Source of the DNA: Epithemia pelagica
Lineage: Eukaryota > Protista > Bacillariophyta
Assembly: GCA_946965045.2 (NCBI GenBank)
Contig: OX337232.1
Location: 2,542,001 to 2,606,000, forward strand
Length of the DNA stretch: 64,000 nt
Direction of reading: 5' to 3'
The notes below the pieces were generated by a model that worked only from the letters and a program-made list of their open reading frames with translations, did no database searches and was not told the DNA's origin. Positions 44,280 through 55,160 of this stretch are shown here, in pieces. Position numbers and translations under genes: made by a program. Each line of letters begins with the position of its first letter. The stretch's first letter is position 1.

Positions 44280-44956
44280 CTCTACGCTATATGCATTGCA
44301 AATTGCCCAGTCATATGGACGAGCAAACTCCAAACATCCATTGCCCTGAGTACAATGGAAGCCGAATACAACGCGCTAAGCGAAGCTTTGAAGTCGGTCC
44401 TTCCCCTACGAGAACTCCTGACCCATGTCGCAAAAGGAGTGGGATTAAGTGACGACTACACCACAACATTCAAGACTACCGTATGGGAAGACAACGCTGG
44501 AGCGTTAACCCTTGCAAATATGGAACCAGGTCGAATCACGCCCAGATCAAAATATTATGCTGTGAAAACCCATTGGTTCCGATCCCATCTAAACGAGCGC
44601 CTAACCGTTGTCAAAGTGGCAACGACGGAACAACGCGCGGATATTTTGACCAAAGGATTGACCCAAACCACTTTCGAGCACATCCGGAAGCTCCTTTGTG
44701 GTTGGTAAGGCCTTCACCATTTCATTTCCATTCCACAATACATCTCATTACATGTTATCTCTCATCCGATTGCTCCTCTGAGAGGGAGTGAAAGGACAGT
44801 GCGACCTAATGGAGACTCCAAAGGGACGATCCATAGGTTCAAGGCCAGCGTCGCAATCGAATGACGCACCCTCACCCATTTCCACTTACGTATTAGGACC
44901 TACCGAGTTTAAACTGATTTACAAGTCATAATTTTACAAACCAAACCCTCCTTTCA
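44280..44956 (+). mobile_element. 3' fragment of a third Copia family: RNase H end, PPT and 168-bp LTR (44789-44956)
   Basis: CPVIWTSKLQTSIALSTMEAEY...WEDNAGA...RADILTKGL; PPT GAGAGGGAG; LTR with inverted ends TGAAAGGA...TCCTTTCA. Confidence 0.88.
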
Positions 44957-46388
44957 GTCCATGGGTGTTGTTACATCCACAGCCAGATGGGCCTCGTGGT
45001 GTTTGCGTTGTGGTTGTTCTGAGTTTGTGTCAAAGTTGGGACCGATTTGGAGGATCGCGCCTTGGGGGTGAGATAGAGAATACAAATCGTGTATTTTATC
45101 GCTAGTCCTCATTACTCACCCCCGCTGGGGGGTAGCTTTTCGGAAACGAAAACTGAATCGTGACGTCACATCATATTCTTGTTTTGGCGCGAAATGCCAT
45201 CCTTGCGCTCAACGAAACCAAAGTATGCTGAAACAATGCAAACGGACAGAGGACGCACCGACCGTTGGAGTTGAACGCCTGCATGCCATGTCGAACGCCT
45301 GTCTGACTGATTCGAAACTGTATGCAAATGGTACACTAGCAGTGGGAACTAATATCCCTAATGTGATTTCAACTTTCGTAAGAGCACTAAGGTTTACGAA
45401 AGTTGGTACCAACTTTCGGAAGCCCGAAAGTTGAAAACCACTACAAGCTGAGTTCAGACAGAATGTTCCTGTCGTAGCGCTCCAGTAGGAAATCTACGTA
45501 ATACGCGCCAGCCATCTTTGTTAATATGGCCCTTATAATTATGCCTCTGTTGTGCAAAGTACTTCCGAAACTCGACAATCTCGCGTTCCCCCAGAAAAAC
45601 TTCGTTTTGTACGAGACTATCGTGCGTGGGGTGCGTCCGATGATCATGTTATTGTGGATGATGCTGATGCGTTGAACTGTTGCCCCATTGGTGATGGTCC
45701 AACAACACCCTAAGGGAGCTGGATGCAGCTCGGCAACAGTTCAACAGGTCGGGACGGCCCTCCACCATGGTCAACACACTCGACTGTTTTTTCGTAATTT
45801 TTGACGAAATCCTAGCGTTCGGAAGAAATCCTACATAACACTAAAGTTAATAAAATATTTATTTCAGCCACTAGGAAGTCGCTAGTCGGACACTAATAAC
45901 GCAGAACGCTTTCCAGGATTACTCCTCTGGTACAAATTCTACAGGAGTCTACGACAGGAACACACTCCCTGAACTCAGCTTGTATTACCCAGATGTGTGA
46001 CGTCAAGTTTCAGTTTTCGTTTCGGGAAAGTCAAGGAACAGCCTTAGAAGTAGATAGATATTCAAATGATAGTCATGAGACTGGTTAACTCAAAGTACTT
46101 CTAGAGTTACAGTTGGCATTTCGGCCTTAAGACTTAACGGTAGATGCGTTGAGCACTACACATTGGACATATACAAATTTGAGCGGAAAGATTCAACGCA
46201 TGGTTCGCTGGATGTGTAATCACCGGTACTAGGAGTACTCCTAAAAATGTGAGACGAACTACCTGCATAGCTCTAGCTCTAAAGGTATAGAGTTAGCTAT
46301 TCAGCAAACGTCACATAGGGTTAGGGATACCGGTCACCACATTCTTTTCGTTGCATGATCAAAAGAGGAGGCGACGAGAGAGATCAAA

Positions 46389-48491
46389 ATGAATGTATGG
46401 GAAACGACAAAGGCCTTGATAACAACTTTTCTGACTAATGTGCTCGACTTTCTGTTATGGATATTCTGGGGAGAGGCGTCAGCCTTGCAACTCGGGCAGT
46501 CACAAGAAAGCCCATTGGACATACAGGCAGTTCCTGGGTTGACAACACTTTTGGATATTTCTTTATTTCGAGCAGTTGAGGGAGAGTTAACAGGTACTTT
46601 GCATACAAGTCACGCACTTTTGCAATCCTGGCTTGATGTCCAAAATCAGTCACGAAGTGTCCTTCAACTCTTGAAGAAACACACGAGTTCCAAGAATATT
46701 CAAGAATCGAATTCTTATCGCACCCAACTGGAACTCTTCGCTCGTTTATGCCACGAAGGATCATGTGATATGATCGAGCGCATCTCAACTGACCGATTTT
46801 CTCAAACAGCTAATCTCAGTGATCCTTTTGAGGGAAGCGGCGGCACTCCATCCCATAACGCGAGTGGAATTGGACACGATGGCCGAGGCCATGATGGCGG
46901 CAACAATCAAAAATCTTCGTCTCAGCACGACTTTATGTTGTCTGCTCTCAATGAATCATCCTGGGATACTGGTCGACGAAGACTGCCTATTCAGCAGCGC
47001 CCTCGCGATTGCTGGGAATCGGCTCGACTGTATTGTCCTGACTATGTTTGGGGAGACGAAGTGGTTTGTCTTTGTCAACAGATTACTCGCAATCTCGGCA
47101 AACACCCATTTTGTTCATTGGCCTTTGCAGAGCGGCATGTATCTTCAGATGGTGTATCGTCCGGTGATTCGTCCATGCAACAAATAGTAGGGAGCAGGAT
47201 GACCTCGTTCTCCCACTTGACAAACACGCTGGAAAGAGAAGAAGCCACATTACTGCTGCAGCTTGTTTTGGTTGATGTAACCTGTCGCGTCTCTCAATTC
47301 AAGGCAGCTCTGGAAGCTGAATCAGTAGTGTCCAAACGACTTTATTTGGTGAAAAGCGAATACCGAGCTCCTTTGCGAGCATTTTGGGAAGCTCATACAT
47401 CGGTCCAACGGGCACCAAGCATTGATCTTGTGCAGGAAAGTCTTCAAAAAATATCCTCCGGTGGAGGTGCTAGCTCGAAAGATCGGCGAAACAAAAGTGC
47501 GCAAGATACTTCTAGCACTGGGCCAAGTGCCAAGACGCGTTTGCAGAAGCTACTGGACAGCCCGGAACTCGTGGAGCTGTTCGCTCTGGAACGGAAAATT
47601 GAACAATACGAACTGGACATGGCTCTTTCCCTGTTCCCATTTTGTGAACTAGCTCGATTCCTTGATCAAAGAAAAGCTGTTCCTCGAAACGGAGATGCAA
47701 ATGTTTTAGACACGTTATCGCGTCTAAAAAATGTTCTTGTGACGTCGACAACGGGACGTCACAAGAGTACCGATCATCCTTCGTCATCTGGGATTCGTCC
47801 TCTACTTCTTGATTTCCAGGGTATTCCGCGAGACGATGAAGAAGAAGAGAAGATGGTAGAACCTGGATCTGCGTTGAATTCCTTGAGAGATCCGACCACA
47901 TTAGAGCGAATAGATACCCGTTTGGACGATTTCGTTGGCCAGATAAAATTTCTTTCCAAACTCTGCTCGCAAAAGCAATCAAAGAAAGCATTCTTCAGTG
48001 AAAAGAAGGCCGATATTGAGCCGCCTTCAGCAGCTGCATGTCGTAAATTTGATGGAAAATTATTCAAGTGCCGTTTCAAAGATTGGTACAACTTGGCTGC
48101 ACGGCAACACGAACTGACAACGGAACTGGTGATGGTGGAAAGTGAGGGAGGGTATTTGAAAGAAGAATCGAAAATGGAAGTTTTGGCAGAAGAAATTCGA
48201 AGAGCCGAAATGGCGGTATCCTTGTCAATGGTATCGACGGAATCAGCTCTACGAAAAGTGAGAGACCGAGTTCAAATGATAACTAGTGACCGAACGAAGC
48301 GATTTGATATCCTCAAGGAAATTCTGGAGGACTTGTGCTTACGCGAAATGAACTGGCACGTCAAGTTGAATACACCGCCCGTCGAACAAGTATTGGAACT
48401 TCGTCCAACAAACCATCAGCGAATTCCCGCAATGGCGGGACTGTTTGGACCGCCGTTACTTCAAGCCAATCATGTTTTACCTCTTGGCTAG
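46389..48491 (+). CDS. Hypothetical 700-aa, largely helical protein
   Basis: Long uninterrupted ATG-initiated ORF with normal protein composition; no motif recognised. Confidence 0.7.
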   Translation: MNVWETTKALITTFLTNVLDFLLWIFWGEASALQLGQSQESPLDIQAVPGLTTLLDISLFRAVEGELTGTLHTSHALLQSWLDVQNQSRSVLQLLKKHTSSKNIQESNSYRTQLELFARLCHEGSCDMIERISTDRFSQTANLSDPFEGSGGTPSHNASGIGHDGRGHDGGNNQKSSSQHDFMLSALNESSWDTGRRRLPIQQRPRDCWESARLYCPDYVWGDEVVCLCQQITRNLGKHPFCSLAFAERHVSSDGVSSGDSSMQQIVGSRMTSFSHLTNTLEREEATLLLQLVLVDVTCRVSQFKAALEAESVVSKRLYLVKSEYRAPLRAFWEAHTSVQRAPSIDLVQESLQKISSGGGASSKDRRNKSAQDTSSTGPSAKTRLQKLLDSPELVELFALERKIEQYELDMALSLFPFCELARFLDQRKAVPRNGDANVLDTLSRLKNVLVTSTTGRHKSTDHPSSSGIRPLLLDFQGIPRDDEEEEKMVEPGSALNSLRDPTTLERIDTRLDDFVGQIKFLSKLCSQKQSKKAFFSEKKADIEPPSAAACRKFDGKLFKCRFKDWYNLAARQHELTTELVMVESEGGYLKEESKMEVLAEEIRRAEMAVSLSMVSTESALRKVRDRVQMITSDRTKRFDILKEILEDLCLREMNWHVKLNTPPVEQVLELRPTNHQRIPAMAGLFGPPLLQANHVLPLG

Positions 48492-48995
48492 CGCCTCATT
48501 GCTTTGACTACTTATGTAGACAACTTTCGTTCCAGTCAGTCAATCTAATTTGCTCCTATATTCAGGTACATCCAGAATCCGCACTCAACGCCATTGAATG
48601 GGTTTGTCCCTAAGCTGGGAGCGGCAACTACTCCAAAGGTTAGCTTTGCAGGAACGCCTCTAGACTCTAGAGTCTCTAGAGGTATGTACCTAGTTAGATT
48701 TAGGGATGTCCGTTGGGATACGTTTCACGAGTGAAACTGCGACATCTCGCATGTCGCCATCGCTCATGCTTAAAATCCAGAGCTGCGCATCGGTTTTCAT
48801 CACACAGTGATACAAAGAGTAGTACACGTGAAACGCTGAAGTTGTTAAATCCAGCGACCAAACTTGCATCTAACCACAAGCGCAAGCGGGTTTCGGAGGT
48901 TCTGTGGAGGGGAAACTCGCCATGACGATCTTCACCCATATATTGAAGCCCTCCCGGGATGGTAATGTGATCATTGCTTAAGAGGAACTCGCATC

Positions 48996-49858
48996 ATGTC
49001 GGATCAATCGTTAGATCAAGTCTTTCAGCGTCTTGAAGTGGCAAAGCGATCGGAATTGGATGGACAGTGCATTGAAGCCGCGACGACGGTATGTCTTTGT
49101 CAAGTTCGCGATTGACTTTTGATGGTTGGTAAGATCTGACCCAAGTTTCTCTTTCCCTTTCACAGTATTATGAAGCCGTCTATATGATGCGTCAAATAGT
49201 CGAGAGTATACCACCCTCGCGGGATGAGGAACCAAAGAGAAAGTTACTTCAAGACAAAATAGAGTCCTATCAGCAGCATGCAAGAAACCTGATGGCTCTG
49301 GAGAATCATACGCTGGAAACTCCAGTTATTGTTGTCAGCGAGTGCGATGTGTCACGTCTCACATATTCACCCAGCATGAGCACAGTCGCAGTCACTGATG
49401 ATGGTCAATATCCATCCCAACAGACGACATCCAATCATGGCAGTCCACAGAAGCAACAATATCGTAGTGAGGTTCCCCTTACTCATTCTTCGCTTTGGAA
49501 ACTTCGAAACTGCATCAGGAACCAAGCAGCTGATGAAGTTTCAAAACCCATCAGGCAGGCGAATGCATATCTCACAAAAGCTTTGGACTATGATGAGTTG
49601 GGTGCAACAGACAAGGCGACCTTAGCCTATTCCGATGCTGCTGAATGCTACATCAAAGCAATCGTCGTTGTAAAGGAGAAACAAAGGAAAGTTCCTAGTA
49701 AAAATTGGGACGAGATTCTCGACTCCATCAAAAAGCGTTTGGAAAATGTACTAGACCGTGCTGAAGAGTTGAAACACAATGTTGGAAGCACGAGGGAAAC
49801 TGTCAAAACGCTTCATCGCCGGGATCTACACAACTCCAGTTACTTTCACTCTACCTGA
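48996..49858 (+). CDS. Protein with two MIT-like three-helix domains; intron 49089-49165
   Basis: Exon 1 (31 codons) spliced at GTATGT...CACAG to YYEAVYMM...KIESYQQHA; second unit AYLTKALDYDELG...AYSDAAE...LDRAEELK. Confidence 0.72.
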
Positions 49859-50155
49859 GAAGAAACAATCTTCATTTCATCATGTTCTATTCTTACTCCT
49901 AGGAGTAAGACATAAGTACTAGGTAGTGCTTCCGACCACGCATCCGAGAGACTTAAAGTGCGACCGTGGATATCCACTTCATTTTTCCATGCGACACGTG
50001 GAACTTTAGATGACGCGCTCACATGTCCCACTTCTTCGGTCTGTCATCGTCATCACCATCCAGATCTTTGTCTCCACCGACATTAGCTCCTGAATCTGCA
50101 ATCCAGATATCTTCCTCCAGTCAACTCTCCGACCATCCAATTCCAATAAAAGGTA

Positions 50156-50932
50156 ATGGTATCCATGATGAGGTGCTACATTCCCGCTTCATTGCTACTT
50201 TTCGCTTTGAATGCTGATGCATGGGTGTCGGTTCCCCTTCCGCGCGTGGCGCAAAGGCTTTCAACAGTCTTACCAATGGCGATGGACTACAACGACCCGG
50301 TGGTTGCCGAGGAGTTTACGAATGTACAACAATTGACCTACGAAGAAGTGGAAGAGGAACTCCAAGAAAAGGGTATCCCGGTTCCTCCGACAATGAGTGA
50401 AATGGATGTGAAGTTAATGTTGGTTGAAATGAGACTACGTTTGTCTGGAAAACTTGGCGGTCAAAAGAAGAGAGAACGACCGGCCACCTTTTCTTCCAAG
50501 TTCGAAGAAGCAATGTGGACGAAACCAGCTTTTGAGGCCTTTTACAACGATCTGAAAATGAAGGATGACCACAATGCACTCAACGTTGTTGCTGAGTACT
50601 TGAATAACCGCGACCAGGCCTTGAAACGCTATGGCAAAGATTATCGAGCGGTTCTTCGTGCGACGGATGAAGCTCTCAATGCTCCTCCTCCTGTGAACAG
50701 TCCAACCCTTACCTTCTCTGGGTTCCCTGCCAATATGGGTGAAGGTGCCTGCAAAATGACTTTGGGGGCTTTGGGAGAAATAACCGAATTTGAATGCGAG
50801 CAAGACGACACATTCCCCATTCTCAAGGGCAAAGTGACGTTCAGCGATATTGAATCGGCGAAGAAAGCGGTTGCTCAATACAATGGCATGGATATGGGCA
50901 TGGGAACCACTCTGGAAGTTGTGTCTGTGTAA
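50156..50932 (+). CDS. Probable plastid-targeted protein with a C-terminal RRM
   Basis: Signal ending ADA-W; LTFSGFPANM...GKVTFSDIESAKKAVAQYNG RRM pattern. Confidence 0.75.
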   Translation: MVSMMRCYIPASLLLFALNADAWVSVPLPRVAQRLSTVLPMAMDYNDPVVAEEFTNVQQLTYEEVEEELQEKGIPVPPTMSEMDVKLMLVEMRLRLSGKLGGQKKRERPATFSSKFEEAMWTKPAFEAFYNDLKMKDDHNALNVVAEYLNNRDQALKRYGKDYRAVLRATDEALNAPPPVNSPTLTFSGFPANMGEGACKMTLGALGEITEFECEQDDTFPILKGKVTFSDIESAKKAVAQYNGMDMGMGTTLEVVSV

Positions 50933-51470
50933 TGGGTGTAGTCTGGAGATGGGTGTAGTCTGGAGATGTTGAACCACGGCAATGTGCAGGACCAAGCGTT
51001 CCTGTGTGACTTCTTGTGGAATTTATGAAAAGAGCTAGTAGAGAAAGTTTTCCAACTCGTTTCTACATTTCAACCAATCATTTTGATTGACGACCACGTT
51101 TTGCGTGCTGTTGTCACTTCGATGGGTGAATTCGTGGAGATTTTTTATTTGAAGTGGTTTTATACTTCGGTAACATAGAGTGACTATCCCACTGTCATTT
51201 TCGGTCGATGTCGAACCCTCGTTCAGCCGTTTGGCGCGAGAAGTATATGCAGTCACTCTCCATTGTTGGTTTCTTTATCTTTTGTCTGTTGTCATGCCAT
51301 AAAGTTCTTGCTAGTCATGCCCCATAAAGTTCTTGCTAACCCCTCTTCATAAACAAGGGTCGAAGATCTTTCCGTGGTTTTCCGATGACGTCATCACCTT
51401 TTTTGACGACAGACAAACAAAATCCTGTCACAACATAATAGCACCCATTGTATCTCTTGAATAGGACAAC

Positions 51471-52556
51471 ATGACGAAGATATCGAGTCTTCTGTCGTTA
51501 TGTCTTGCTTTAAGTCCATTGCATCTACATGCCTTTACGGTCAATACAGCATTGGTAAGAGAGACTTACAGACAGACCACATTTTTGTCCAGTGCTTCTC
51601 CCTCATCATCATCAGGCCCGAAAGCAGAGGGCAGGCGGAGAGTGTCTCGACGAACATCTGCTTCTGGAGGATCTGATGGACCAAGAGGATCACGCTCACG
51701 TAGAGAGCGTCCATCGCAACCAGCTCCATTCGATGGGAAGTTGCTGTGTTCGGAACAAGACGACAATGAAGATGCCGAACCACTGGATTTGGACCGCACT
51801 CTGCAGGAAGGGCGAGTAAGATGCATGACGGACGGGATCATTTTTGAACGAGACGTCAAGGAACCTCCTTTTTTCTTCATGTCGCTGGATGATCTCTTTG
51901 GAGAGGAGGTTGGATTCTCTTCCAAGTTCAATTTGGATTCGACTTTCCGCCAGAAACTTCGTGCTGCTATCCGTCAAGACATTTTCGATACAACCCCTTT
52001 CTACGCCAATTTGTCAGAGAAGGCGGCGTCTATGTTGTTGTTACTAGACTCTTCTTTGGAGGGATCTTGGAGAATGCCAGAATCAATGAACCGGATGAAC
52101 CAAACGTCGAAAGTACTGTCTGATGCACTCGGTGAAAATGCTCCAACTGGCGATGAACTCTTCCATGCTATCGGAAGGTTGTGTGGTGCTAGACCTTCTA
52201 CACACTTCATCGATATATTTGGTGTCCAAGACAGAAGAATTTCCCATTCGTTCCATCTAGACTTTGGGAAATCTCCAGAGAATACGACGCAAACTGTGCT
52301 ATGGGGATGGCCGCGCGAAAATTCATACGATGGATGTGGTGTTTTTTCACATGTGATTCCTTTGAAAGAAGCATGTTGGACTCCTGAGGATCATCCTCGA
52401 ATGGAGCCAGTTCTCTTCGACGGCACTTTTGACGAACAGAACATTGTACGACCCAGGTATAATCGTGGACGGGAACTCCTCATCTACAGAGATGTGGATG
52501 TTGTTCATTCTGCTCCGGATGTTGCCTATCGAACAAGTGTCATGCGATTCATGTGA
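51471..52556 (+). CDS. Probable plastid-targeted hypothetical protein (361 aa)
   Basis: Signal peptide ending LHA-F and a Ser/Arg-rich transit-like region; long ORF. Confidence 0.7.
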   Translation: MTKISSLLSLCLALSPLHLHAFTVNTALVRETYRQTTFLSSASPSSSSGPKAEGRRRVSRRTSASGGSDGPRGSRSRRERPSQPAPFDGKLLCSEQDDNEDAEPLDLDRTLQEGRVRCMTDGIIFERDVKEPPFFFMSLDDLFGEEVGFSSKFNLDSTFRQKLRAAIRQDIFDTTPFYANLSEKAASMLLLLDSSLEGSWRMPESMNRMNQTSKVLSDALGENAPTGDELFHAIGRLCGARPSTHFIDIFGVQDRRISHSFHLDFGKSPENTTQTVLWGWPRENSYDGCGVFSHVIPLKEACWTPEDHPRMEPVLFDGTFDEQNIVRPRYNRGRELLIYRDVDVVHSAPDVAYRTSVMRFM

Positions 52557-52760
52557 TTCAACAAATTCAAAGAAGTCAATATAGCTTGTTCTGTACTCCC
52601 CGCTCACCAATGGATGTGAGACGAGCAAATACTATATGACGGAGATCTGATTCAATCCAAATGCAATTAGTACATGGTGCTACTATTTTCAATTGTTCCG
52701 TGCAAAATAAAACGTTATGAAAGTGAAAGGCGTCTTGGCGATGGGGTGTGGGGAGTTTCT

Positions 52761-53879
52761 TTATACAAGCTCCGCCGCCATCATGTGCTCAAAGCCTGCG
52801 ATTTTGACAGCTTGCAACGGCCTCCACTCTGGTCCCATGAAGTCATCTATCTCTTCAGGCGAGATTCCCCATTTCATTGGTTCCCCCCTCTTCTTCAGTC
52901 GGCCCATGATGAACTCATTTTGCCAGTCCATCCAACCAAGCTTTGGCTGCTCTTGAGACGAGTGCCAGTCGACAAAGTCGAACGCCACAATAGAACCAGC
53001 TGGGGCCACTTTGGCAATTTCCTGTAAAAGACCCTTCACGTCCTCCTCCGACAAGTAAAAAGTTACACCTTCAACCACAAACATTGTTTTCTCGTTGTCG
53101 TGGTATCTCTCAACAGAGCGAAGAACATGAGAAAGCTTGTTCTCAGCCAAATCCACTTGAATCTGGCGCAAATTAGAGTCGGAAGTGGGCGAAATGTCTG
53201 CTCAGTTCGTCATTGTCTTCAAGCCAACTGCCTTCACTTTGGCAGTTGATGGGTGATCAACTTCCCAGAACGCAACATCCTTGTACTCTTGACTCATTCG
53301 AAATGATAGCGCGTCAAATCCAGCCCCAACAGCAACAACTTGTCTGATTCCGTGACCTTCAATTGCATTACGCGTTTGTTCATCAAAGAATGTTTTCCTT
53401 GCAGCGACATAGCTCAACGCGTATGGGTGAACCACTGCGCTCAGCAGCAGCCTGAGAAAGGGCGACAGAAAGAGTCCGACAAAGTCACTTGGAACCGGAA
53501 TACCACTTGCTTCCAACATATCTCGTTGTACCTGGGCGCTCCCTTCAGGAACAAGATGATAGCTAAAGAGATCGGTCCCGATAACGACATGGCACATGGC
53601 AGCCATCATGGCCGTATGACTTGGTTTTCCACCCTTGAGACGAAGATCAGCGTCATAGCGTGTAACGTTTTCCTTATCATCAGGGATGAAGAATTTGGAA
53701 ATCATGTCGGTTGCAGAACTGTATTCAGCTTCTTCTACCCATTGGGACGAATTCGAGTCACGAATGTCTGGGCTTCCAAGTGATACCGACCCCCCTGCAG
53801 CACTTAGTATAACCTCTGTCGATTGGACCTGGCGGTTTAGGAGCAGTGCTGTGGTGAATGCAAGGGCGAGTTGAATCAT
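52761..53879 (-). pseudogene. Leucine carboxyl methyltransferase-family SAM methyltransferase with an in-frame TGA at 53202-53204
   Basis: RKTFFDE...QVVAVGAGFD...FWEVDHP upstream and QVDL...FVVEGVTFYL...SIVAFDF downstream are in one frame across the stop; no GT-AG intron there. Confidence 0.78.
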
Positions 53880-55160
53880 GGACTTCAGTTTTTAGCGAAA
53901 TAATCTCTTTTGGTTCCTGAAATTGTGAGACTGTGACTTTTGGTTCCTGAAATTGTGAGACTGTGCACAAAGAAGCTTCATGTTGAGCATTTGTAAGAAC
54001 CAGGGGTACGAGAAGCTTAGTATGTAGGACTAGCACTTCACAAGCTAGAACAGTGAATTGGAGGGTTCGTTTTCGAGAGTTCTTCTGTAAATCACTCAGC
54101 CGCGGGGAGATCGAGAATCGAGACGCAGTCTGATTAGTTTTGATCTATCCCCAGACTTACATTTCGGAATACGGAATACGTCGATATTGCTGTGCGACAT
54201 CGCAATAATCACGAGTTGACACCATCAGAACATGGTAGATGAGAGATGAGACTGCTTGGAACGTGGAATTGCCTGTCATCTATTCCATAAGAAGTAGTAG
54301 TACATTCATAATTCATATCTCTCTTACAGAACCAGAATGTTGCTGTAGGCTTACAGTTTTTAGTTTTTCCTATTCGCATTGTTTTGTTTTCACTGTCCAC
54401 CACGTGCATGGTTTGTATTCCCGAAGCAATTATACTTGGGTTCTGCGTTCTGCGAAAAAGCATTGTCCATAGTCTAGTAGTCCCCGGGAGCCGAAAGTGA
54501 AAGAAGAATGCACAGACAGTGTGGGTTTGGGGATTTGGGATCGCGGCGTGTATTCCCGGCTTGGAGGGAATAGAAACTGAGAAAGAATAATGGACAGGGA
54601 CCTGGGACTACGGGACGAGGGAACGAACTGTGAATGAGCACGAATCAATCTGTCTAGAGCTAGGGTGTCTACCTAGTGTCTACCTCTAGTAGGAGTAGAT
54701 TGTTTTGTTGGGTACTCCTACTCCATGGTCCATACGTGCCGTTGTAGGAGCATAGCTTAAAATGCTCTATTCCCAGAGATCTAACACTCCCCAGGCCCAA
54801 CCTCTTTCTCTTTCCTTACTCCTTACTCCTACTTGTTACTACGATCCAGGATCCAGGCCCAGTTCTATTCCCAAAAATAAAGACAAGCGAGACACACACA
54901 ATACACAATACCAGTACTTCATTATGGATTATTGTGGAGTTATGAATTATGAATGTCAGATGTGAGGGAGTCAAAAGTCGACGGGCAACGTTACCGTTAT
55001 CATACCATGCTTCCGTTGGCCTCACTGACGCGTAGGGTATGTCTGGGGGATTTGACTGTCTGTTCCCCAAACATTCGCAATTGTGCTCACAATTCATGCC
55101 GAGCAACATTTTTCCGCCTCTCTTCTTCACAAAAACCTGAAAGAAAGTTTCGACATCACC

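Larger units (their letters stand above)
19199..45132. mobile_element. Giant (25,934-bp) TIR-bounded, TA-duplicating cargo element of the CCCCC...GGGGTGAGT family
   Basis: Outer TIR 17/19 match, 17-bp perfect inner block (19259-19275/45056-45072), 85-bp perfect inverted block (19284-19368/44957-45041), TA at 19197-19198 and 45133-45134; flanks reconstitute one MITE. Confidence 0.82.
19186..46043. mobile_element. PIF/Harbinger-type MITE (~922 bp when rejoined) split within its left TIR by a 25.9-kb insertion; pieces 19186-19198 and 45135-46043
   Basis: TTA TSD at 19183-19185 and 46044-46046. The rejoined left end GGCTGTTCCTT-TA-GCTTTTCGGAAACGAAAACTGAATCGTGACGTCACA matches the reverse complement of the right end in exact blocks of 11, 15 and 10 bp. 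Confidence 0.85.

Noticed and set aside
19199-45132. Inversion between two oppositely oriented small elements as the explanation for the paired ends
   Set aside because: The two halves of the host MITE are collinear and outside the ends; an inversion would place one half inside and reversed.
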